The notes under the pieces: model-generated | The model's input: the letters and a program-made list of their open reading frames with translations, nothing else | Told to the model about the DNA's origin: nothing | Databases searched by the model: none | Assembly: GCA_043228905.1 (NCBI GenBank) | Contig: JBHGNT010000009.1 | Location: forward strand, 3,038,001 to 3,102,000 | Length of the DNA: 64,000 nt | Reading direction: 5' to 3' | Origin: Azolla caroliniana | Taxonomy: Eukaryota > Plantae > Polypodiophyta | Program-made: the position numbers and the translations under genes | Shown: positions 54,301 through 64,000 of the stretch, in pieces | How positions within the stretch are numbered: the stretch's first letter is position 1 | How the letters are laid out: every line of letters starts with the position of its first letter

Positions 54301-54665
54301 AACGGGGAAATCGTACACATCCATACATGTTAGAGCCCATACCGTTATCTGCCATTCGAACCATTGCTTCCATGTGACTTAGCTCACATGCATTGCGATG
54401 TGAAACAGGGCGTTGGGGTACAAGTGATGAGAGTGGTCGGTTATGCACACTTTGCCGTAAACAAGTTCGCGAGTCTGAGTATCACACTTTGATACAATGC
54501 TCTGCCTTTGATCATATTCGACCATGCTTTCCACATCTCTTCGATCGAGCCCAATCTTTGCATGAATTCCTCTCACAACCACAATGTGCACTCTCGATTG
54601 CAACATTCATTGGTAATGTTCTTGAACATCGAGAGTCACTACTCACTTTCACACGTATCACGTGA
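51312..54665 (+). pseudogene. LINE ORF2 (AP endonuclease, RT, C-terminal Cys/His motif) with two in-frame TGA stops
   Basis: WNCNG, LVETW, GDMNAR, SVIDYV, SDHRP; FVDFKKAFD, GVKQGCPLSP, LLYADD, FKYLG; CTLC...HTLIQC. Confidence 0.9.
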
Positions 54666-55673
54666 AATGTAATATTTTTGGTCTCATAGGTCATATTTGA
54701 CCTCCGAAGACGATAATATAATCTATCTATCTATCTATCTCTCTCTCTCTTAGCACATATGTTCATCTCGAACTGTCAGTTAGTCTCCCTCCCTCTCTCT
54801 CTCCCTCCCTCCCTCTCTCTCCTCCCCCCTTCTACTCGCTGATTCCCGAGGTTCGTACCTCTTCTCCTCCTCTCTGTCTCTCTTCTACCTTCTATACAGG
54901 TGTCTGCAGACTCCAAACACGTCACTGCTCGTCCTTCGTACCTCCTCTCCCCCTTTGTCTCTCTTCCACCTTCTACATAGGTTTCTACAGACTCCAAGCA
55001 CATCACTGCTCCTCTTTCGTACCTCCTGTCCTCCTCTATGTCTCTCTTCCACCTTCTGCATAGGTCTTTCAACCTCTCTAGGGTTAGTTGCGTTCTCTCT
55101 CCCTCAACTGACCTTGTTCTCCCTCACTGTTAGGTGTTCTGTGCTCACCGTGTCCTAACGACATCGACCTCTGCTCTGCTGGTCGTGTCCCCTCTACTGG
55201 TTCTGACCTCTGCTTTGCTCTACCTCCAGGTGTTCTCAAGTCATTGTGTTCCCTCTACCTGGTGTGTCTGTTTGCTTGCAACCCATGCTTCAAACGTGTC
55301 CCCTCTACAAGGACTTCAGAAAGGTAATCCTGCTATCTGCAACCCTAACGACATTTGAAAAGGTAATCCTGCTTTAGGCTTACCTTCACATTCTGCTACA
55401 TGTTAGGGTTTTGTTGTTGTTGTTAGTGTTGTTCTCCGTTGATCATTTCAGACACTTGTACATGCATATGCTTGAAATTGAGAGTGTTTTACATGCATAT
55501 GTCATTTATTGCATGATTTAGAATTCGGTACATGTTGACATATTGGAAGATGGTTCTATGATGGTACGTTGCAATGATTTTCCATGGTTTAGCATGTATA
55601 TGTTGTGTATCGGGAGTTGTGATTGCTGAAAAAAGACAGTTTTGATTGATCTATTGTTATTTACTATTATTGT

Positions 55674-58600
55674 GTGTGTGAGGTGAAGAAGAGAGATAAG
55701 ACTCAAATGACAAGGAAGACACCCACGAAGACGAAAATGGTCAAAGAAAATGTCAGCACGCCATGCAAGGAAAGAAAAAGGACCCCCATCAAAGAAAGTA
55801 CGATGACCCCCACCAGAGGGAGGTTTAAGTTGTCAACATCTCAGGGCAAGAAAATGTTCACAAACATCCTTCGAGGTAGAAAGTTAGGATGGGGATATTT
55901 CCTTCGTGGACGACCTGACACTTATGAAGACGTAGACATGTGGATGATCAAAACATGGGGCTCATCACAACCAGAGACAAGGAGAGGTTTTCACCTCACT
56001 CAATTGAAGAAGGATTATATCATTGAACTAAAGTCACGATATGAACAAGTTTATGATACAAAACATATCCTAAACAATGAGGTAGGAACTATTTTTGCAC
56101 GTGCATTTGCATGTGAACTCCATGGTGGCATTGAAGTTGATTGGGAAGATTTTGCTCATCATCGATCATCACATTATAGAGGGTCCTCAAGTACCAACAG
56201 TACTATGAAGTCTGAGGATACCTGTCACATTGAAATCCCAACTAGGACATCTGTGTTGACTAAACAGATTGCAAAAGAAAGAGTTACACTGACAGAAAAA
56301 CATGAACAACGATTGTTGCGTTGCATAGCTTCCATGAAAACAAGAATGCAAGCGCTGCTCACCGATTTGGAATAAGTTTCATCTAGTGAGATGGCGGTAG
56401 AGAAACAATTCACATCTATATCGAATACATACGAATGGATAACAACAACAATCCAACATTCTGAAAACGATGTGTTGAAAGAGGAGTTGAAGAAGGAGCT
56501 GACAAATATGGGCACTCAACTAGGAAAACAGAAGAAAGATCTAGACACATGGAGGTAATCTCGTTCTGAAATTGATGATAAGTTATCAACCTCAAAAAGT
56601 CACTCTGAGAGCTTGACATGTTTGATGAAGGGTCTAAAAGATAAAGGTTTAGATCCTCTATGGCCAGAAGTAGTTGAACATCCCACTTGCAATGAAAGTA
56701 CCATTACAAGAATTATTGTATCAAGGTAATGGTTTATATTTTTACAAGTTGACCTTCTATTGTATAAAATATCATCATTGCTAATATAGTGTATATTGTT
56801 TCTCGTATTTGAAGGTGTGTATTCTGTGGCCTTGGATTCAAGTTTGAGGCCATGGATGTTATCATTACACCATGCTTGCACACATATCATTGTTTATGCA
56901 TTAAGTACCATTTTGAGAAAGAAAATATATGTTTACACTGTAAAAGTACAGTTGGCGCCGAATGGTACTTAACTTGGGGTTTGAAAGTACATTCCTATGG
57001 TATGTGATTAAGAACATATGTAATTTTTATACTATGCTTTTATAATTTTAACATTTGGTTATGGTCTTATACCCATGAGTATTGTTCCTTGGTGATAATT
57101 TTTACATGATTTAATACTAACATTACTGATTACATTGTATTCCTTGGTGATCAGTTGACAATGTGAATCTTATTTAGTACTGAGGATCTTAAATGTTTAG
57201 TTGTATAACTTGCATGTGCACTAACATTATTCATTACATTGTACTTTCTGTGTCCACTTGGCTTAGGCTCTGGATGACCGAACAAATAGGCATGAAGGTC
57301 TAGGTTTTTTAGTACTAACATTGTTCATTACATGAAATATGTAGGTCCAGGTGGTTGTGTAATGTGCCCTCAAGTTCCTTGTTGGAGGATTCAGTACTAA
57401 CATTACTGATTACATTGTATTCCTTGGTGATCAGTTGATTCAGTACTGATTATTTAGTACTGAATGTCTTAATTGATTGGTTGTATAACTTGTATAAGTA
57501 CTAACACTGTCCATTACATTGTACGTTTTGTGTGCAAGTGGTTCAGTACTGTTCTCTCAAGTTCGTTGATTGATGTTTTAGTACTAACTTGCTGATTACA
57601 TTGTATCCTTTGGTGTTCGGTTGATTCAATACTGATTATTTAGTATTGCACGTCTTAAATATTTAGTTGTATCACTTGTATGTGTACTAACAAATAGGAG
57701 AACCAAACAAATAGGCTCTGGATGACCAAACAAATAGGCATGCAGGTCTTTTGTTTAGTACCGAACAAATATCGACAACATGTCCAGATGGTTCTGTATT
57801 GTGTCCTCAAGTTCCTCTTTGTTGTTTTAGTACTAATATTACTATTACATGCATATTCCTTGGTGATTAGTTGGAACAAGACTGATTTTTTAGTACTAAA
57901 GGTCTTAAATGTCCACTTGATTTAGTACTGATAATATTTATAACATTGTCTTCATGTTAGAACTATGTATGATTATAATATCAATGTTGTTGTATCAAGC
58001 AATAACACACCAGGGAAGGTAACTGACCAACCAGCCCCCGCGCTACTACGTACAGAGTCTACTGCAAATTCCAAAGTCCATGGTCATTCCTTAGTGGTAA
58101 TAGAGGAAATTTATGATGACGATGAATGTATGAGAAAGGCCATTGGAACAGTTGAAGACGTGTTGCTTCAAACAAATTCTCCTAGCTCGACTCCCCTTGA
58201 CTGTGTGAACGGTAATGCTAATTGTGTGAACTTTTAATGATGCATTGTTGCTATACTTCTAATTTCTTATGTTTCTATCAAAGAGCCTACAAAGAAGCGT
58301 AATGCTACAAGGAAATTGTATGGAAAGGGGAAGAAATGCAGAGTTCATTGTAGTGGCGGGTCATACAAATTCTCACAAACTTTGAGGGCCGTAAAGTTAA
58401 TGAGTTAGACTAAGACCACGTGCTTTTGTTGTTAGACAAGGAACAAACAATTAATGAAAATGGAGATACTGATTTAGAGCCACAACATGAAGAAGAATTT
58501 ATCATCCTCGCAGGTACATGTTGTGAACCCTCTTATATAATAGTTATTTTGACCATATCACCCAAGTGACAATAATGGTTTTGGTCTATTAATATATAGA

Positions 58601-59500
58601 AAGTGATGTAAAATCTTGGCATGATTCAGAGCCCCAACCTGAGACTGGTACCATCCCAAGCAATAATGATGAGTGTGATACCAATGCAAACCAGGTCTTG
58701 CAGCACATGACAAACACAATCATCTGCAAAGACTCATCTTCAAAAGTCCCAGATGGAGATGTAACAATAGATAAACGATTGTCCCTTAATCTAGTATGTT
58801 AATTGATATGGCGAGGTTCCTTCACTTTGTAAGAATGTGAATTGATATTGTTCTTGTTATTTAGGAATAGAAGAACATGGAGATTCCCAAATAGCATCAG
58901 ATGATTTAGGTAGTCTATGGAGCAATCTTGATTTTTCAGACTCAAATAGCACCACACATGAGGAATGTGAAATCACCCAAGAAGAGGAGCTGAAGAAATT
59001 TGACAATACCGTAAACATGGGGCAAGATTGTATCATTAAGGAGATTGTAGCTACCACCCAAGAAGAGGAAAAAGGTGGTACTACGAATCACATGTCTTAC
59101 CAAAACACTGAAGTAGCTTGCACTTGGAACAAGACTGTACAAAGAACCAAGCGTCTAGCTTCAACCACGAGGAGTTTGCAATGAAGATGGCAACCTCCCA
59201 AGAAGAGGAACATGTTTGTACTACGAATACCGTGTTATTGTAGAACACTGGTTCTACCCATGAAGAGCAGATTAATGCTAATACTATCGACAACATCTTC
59301 TTGGAAGTGTGTGCGTCTCAGGCAATTCCAGTAGAGCACAAGGTTCCCTCAAGCTTGCCCCCCCCCCCCCCCCCCCCCCGATGATGAACTGCCACTCAGT
59401 AGTCTACTACCTCATGGCTTTAAGATGAAGAAGAAGAAGGGTGTTAAATCTGAGAAGAGTGTAACAAAAAATAGGCGCATTACAAGATCTAGAAAAAACT
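55674..59500 (+). other. Degenerate intron-containing gene-like region of unknown, probably TE-accessory, function
   Basis: ORF 55674-56375 continues past a stop into a coiled coil; further short acidic exon-like blocks are separated by AT-rich TAGTACT-rich segments; no recognised domain. Confidence 0.3.
57110..57930. repeat. Degenerate tandem repeat (about 4 copies) rich in TAGTACT
   Basis: TACTAACATTACTGATTACATTGTATTCCTTGGTGATCAGTTGA recurs near 57115, 57395, 57580, 57830. Confidence 0.7.
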
Positions 59501-60435
59501 AAAAACAAAGTTTTTTGTATTTAGATTGTTGTTTGTAATTGATTACCATATGAGCAAGTTTTTGATTAACTGCTTCTTGACACTGTTTTGGTTTACTTAT
59601 CCTGAATTTGAACTTGATACTATTTGAGTACTCATCTTAGTGACTAATTTAGTACCAACTTGATATGCAATGTACTAACTTTGATACATATATTTGTAAG
59701 AATGTGAATTTGATACTATTTGAGGTCTCATCTTAGTAAGAATGTCACTTTTTATGCACACATATGACACTGTTGCTTGTTATGGACACATATGAGACTC
59801 CTGTCTTGGATATGTCTAGGTTAGTAAACACTTAGCACAATATTAGTACTATATTTTAATGCATATGAACATGGTATGTATACTTGAATGAACCATTGTA
59901 TTAGTACTAGCAATTAACATGTTCAATTTGTTCCCTCATCTAGTCAACCACACCCTCATGAGTGTACCACACACTAGAAACATGTGTGGAATCAACACTC
60001 CTATCTTAGATATCTCTAGGTTAGGAAACACTTAACACAATTTTAGTACTAACCAAAGATATTTTTCACCATAAATTGTATGTAAAAGATACATACATAT
60101 CTAAACAAAACACCGAGATTAAGAGCTTTGTCATTTCAAACTCATAAGAAAACCAAAGATGATATATTTCCACTCATTTGTAGGCCAGAGTTTACAAGAC
60201 ATGCGAATGTTACATATGAACAGTGCTTTCCATTCTAAGAATTAAAGAGGGAGACCTCCCCCAATATGTGTTCGTGAACCTCTTTCGGGATCTTGTAGAC
60301 AGTGTTGTATCCCTTAACCTTGTGCTTTTCCTAACTCATAGTGAACTTGATTGCGATGACAGCGTCAACAAAGATTATTGCAGTGGGTGCATCTTTTAAT
60401 AATGCATATGTTGTCACGCTCTTACGCGCGTGCGT

Positions 60436-61429
60436 TGTCGTGAAGATTTTCGGCAATGGTCTGAAAATCGCATAAAACATACGAAATCGAGTATGAATCA
60501 TACAAAACAATAATAGTGGAAATACTATTTTAAATAAGTTTAATATCTTAGTACAAAAAGATGGAGGTCTTCAAGAGCTTTCGAATGCACTTTACTACAT
60601 AAGAAACAGACATCTAAGTGTAAAGTTATGTGGGTATAAAGTTTTGCAAAAGAAAAAGAGAAATATAAAACTGTGAAATATCCCACATAGATAGAAAAAG
60701 TTTAGGCTCCAGCTATATAAGAAGATTGAGATCCATCATATTTCATCTATGTGTGAAGAGCACATATCAAATAGTTGGACTTGGGCCACTTTTGTCTAGC
60801 TGGACATATGTGGCTAACTGCCCGAAGTGGCCCGTGAAGAAATTCAAACCGACTGATGACAGAACTGGAAATTGGATGGATCCGACAGACTGATGAACGG
60901 CATCTGGTGATCGGTGACAGGTGACCGGATGGAACCGGCGACCGGTGAACGGCATCCGGCGACGGAACTGGAAACCGGCAAGTAGCAACAGGCCGGTGAT
61001 TAGCAAGCAACTCGGGATGCGGACCGAACCGCATCGGGATGCAGACTGGGCCGGACCAAATGTTACTCGTAGGAGTTGTACAGGTATAAGGGTAAAACAC
61101 GTTAAAGGGGTTGTTCGGTATGTGTAATGTTTATAAGTGTGAGGATGAGTATGTGTGTGCACATGCACAATTATGTGCATGTGACAAGAGTATAACGGTC
61201 GTCTCTTTTGTAACGGTCATTATTTACCGTTACATTATGTATTATATAAACCCTTGATGGGGCAAGTAATTGGATATACATTTTTCCCCTCTCACATTGT
61301 TGTGTCATTTCTTGTTTTCACTCTCCTTCTCTCTCTCTCTCTCTATTGTAACCTCCTTGGGAGGGGGATGAAGCCATTCTAGGCTTCACCCCGCCACCCC
61401 AACAACACTTTTGGCATGCCCGGTGGGAC
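60436..61429 (+). mobile_element. LTR (60436-approx. 61407) followed by an 18-nt tRNA-Arg PBS
   Basis: Start TGTCGTGAAGATTTTCGGCAA matches the 33039 terminus; TGGCATGCCCGGTGGGAC at 61412-61429. Confidence 0.7.
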
Positions 61430-64000
61430 GAACTCCCTTGAGAAGAAGTCACTCTCTCCCTCTCCATCACTTAATGACATCGAGGTATCCTGAGAGGACG
61501 GTGAAATATCCTCCATAGAGGATATAAAAGATGAGATCAAAAAAGTTAAAGAGGAGGTTAAAAATAACATAGAGTTAGCAAAAACGGGTTGGGTAGATGT
61601 GGTTAAAAGAAATAAAAAAGAAATAAAGGATGAAAATATTGTTAATGCCACCCTCGAAGAGGAGAAAATGCATCAGGCCCGATGCCTAAATGTGCGTGTC
61701 ACTGGGCTCAAGGAAGGTGCATCCCCGGACGAGGATGCACAAACACTCAGGAAAATGTTAGGGTACACAACGACCCTACCTATCACCAAAGCTTGGAGGG
61801 CCGGACGCGACACAACTAGGAAGAGAGCCTTAGTTCTTCAATTTAAAGACTTAGACTCTAGAATCACTTTCTTTAAGAAGAGACCAATTCTTCGAGGATT
61901 GGGTGGGGACCCTATCTATCTCGATGAAGACCTCACCAAGATGCAAATTGAGCATCGCAAGAGTTCTATGCCAAAGGTTATGCAAGCTCGTAAAGAAGGG
62001 CATCACGCCTTTTATTGAGATGGGCGAGTGATCATAAATGATCGCACTACTAATTGACGGCGTGTGGCCCATGTGACAGAAAACACACTTAGGATGACCT
62101 TATGGTATTGTAACGGCGCACTCTGGACACACCCCGGCCACCTAGAGGAGATATTAAAGGAATCAGATATAGTTTGCCTAGTAGAAACACACCAAAGCCC
62201 AAATAGGGGACTCCCACAAGTTGAAGGATTTCGTTGGGAGTCGGATTTTAGACAAACCTCACGTCGATGCACTACCAGGGGATCTAGAGGTGTCGCAATA
62301 TTGTTTCAGAGGGAGCTACATAATAGGATAGAAATACCGAGCACAGACCCAAAAGCTCGTTTTATGTGGGTGAAAGTCTCCACAAGCAAGGACAAGGCAG
62401 TATTTTTCGCCATTTGTTACTTCCCCCCGAAAGGCTCTCGTTATAATCTGGTTGGCGAGGCGAGATTAGTTGATGAAGGAGTTCCACATGGGCCTTCCCC
62501 ATATGAAACTCTATCGGATGACATAATTTGATATTCTTCCCAAGGAGAAGTATTCCTTGTAGGAGACTTTAATGTGAGAACCCAATCCCGACAATGCACA
62601 ATATTTCAAATGAATAGAAACCTAGAAATGGTAAATGTTGATCCTTTAGACATAGACACCACACGTAGATCAAAGGATCAAGGTGCGGACGCCACGAGCT
62701 TTGGCCATCATTTGCTCGAACTTGGCAGTCGGCACCAGATGGTCATATATAATGGTTTAGCCAAGTGGCCAGATTCGGAAGAGTTCACATGTTTCCCACA
62801 TGGAGGAGGGGAAAGCACAATTGATTATCTAATAGGACGCCCTGAAGCTACCCACATGATTAACTCCTTCCGAGTGGCCCCATGTCCTATTGGCGCGGAC
62901 CATAGTTTCTTATACTTTGAGCTAAAATGCGATATCTCGAACGCACCAACTCTAGTCAACAATGCCATGACATCACAATACATTTCACACATGAACTCTC
63001 TGACATATATGCTCGACATGTTCAAGCCCATCTCTCCTCCCTTGATCCCTCCCTACCTTTAGAGAGCCTTAGTACGAAACTCACACACATCCTTCACTCT
63101 GCAGTAGTTAGCAGTTTCCCATACACAAAACACTCCAATCAAGGTAAAGTAGGATCTATGCCACAAAATAGATGGTATGATGAGGATTGTAGGTCCTTAC
63201 ATAGAAAACTTACAATATCGCAACTCAATGGTAGTATTACCTCAGTACAAGCTCGTAAAGAAATGTGCAAGATGACACGTCGTAAGAGACGAGCATGGGA
63301 GGCATCCCAATATTGGGAACTCTACCATATGCTCATGAATAGCGATTGTGCCACTACATGGAAGAGATTACAGGAACCAAGACCACAAACACCCATCGAA
63401 GATCCCGAAACTTGGCACACTTATACAGAGAGACTTTACCAAATCCCAAACCAACCACCCATTCCAATGCCTTCTACACCTCGACCTACTGTGGGGACAC
63501 TCTTCACGACCTCTAGGGTCACGAAGGTCATAAAGAAATTACAACATAGGAAGTGCTAGACCACACAGGATTGCAAGTAGAACACATCATATATGCGAGA
63601 GAGTGCCTAGCTCCCTTGCTAACTCTAATCTTCAATCACGCCCTCGTAGAGGGTTTTCCACCACAATGGACCATGAACACAGTGGCCCCCATACATAAAA
63701 GGGGGGACCCCATGGACCCAAATACTTATAGGACCATTATGATAGGTCATACCCTTGCTAAATTATATGGTGCAGTAATGGAGGCAGAGCTTAGCGATTA
63801 TATGGAGACCTTAAATCTTCGTGCACCTGAACAGGCTGGCTTTAGACAAGCCTTCTCCACTATTAATCATATCTTCACACTTAGATGCTTAATTGACCAG
63901 ACTAAGGCTCGCAAGAAGAAACTATATTGTTGTTTTGTGGACTTCTGCAAAGCCTTTGACACGGTCCCTAGAGAGCGGTTGTTTGATAGTCTTAAGAGCT
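61430..64000 (+). mobile_element. Second RTE-X-like LINE (partial ORF1, disrupted ORF2 running off the window)
   Basis: NVRVTGLKE, IYLDEDLT; WYCNG, LVETH, GDFN, STIDYL, ADHS; YRTIMIG, FVDFCKAFD. Confidence 0.85.

Larger units (their letters stand above)
50123..54750 (+). mobile_element. Near full-length RTE-X-like LINE flanked by (CT)n, with (ATCT)n tail
   Basis: ORF1 plus APE-RT ORF2; (CT)n at 50123-50170; (ATCT)n(CT)n at 54721-54750. Confidence 0.85.

Overview
Eukaryotic, plant-type genomic DNA, probably from a seed-free plant such as a fern or lycophyte (inferred from the TE complement only). It is almost entirely nested, decayed retroelements: Ty3/gypsy (Athila/OTA-like, Tcn1-like chromoviruses, and a tRNA-Trp-primed family), Ty1/copia fragments, solo LTRs, and RTE-X-like and L1-like LINEs. 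One apparently intact host gene is present (two-exon BLE2-like membrane/ARM-repeat protein, 36375-39754, minus), plus a BAHD acyltransferase pseudogene fragment. The most striking signals involve tRNA use by the retroelements. (1) A near full-length gypsy element (6755-15940) carries a second, inverted tRNA-Arg binding site with a T-arm-like hairpin next to its 3' LTR, where the polypurine tract should be; the motif recurs at an independent LTR (20525), suggesting tRNA-primed plus-strand synthesis or self-pairing. (2) Antisense tRNA-like A/B-box cassettes lie near the 5' end of LTRs from two LTR groups. (3) An LTR group inserts at RCGY (CpG-centred) sites with 4-bp TSDs. (4) Two LTRs are followed by 18- and 32-nt tRNA-Arg copies that look like integrated strong-stop intermediates. 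tRNA and family assignments are from recalled consensus sequences, not database searches.
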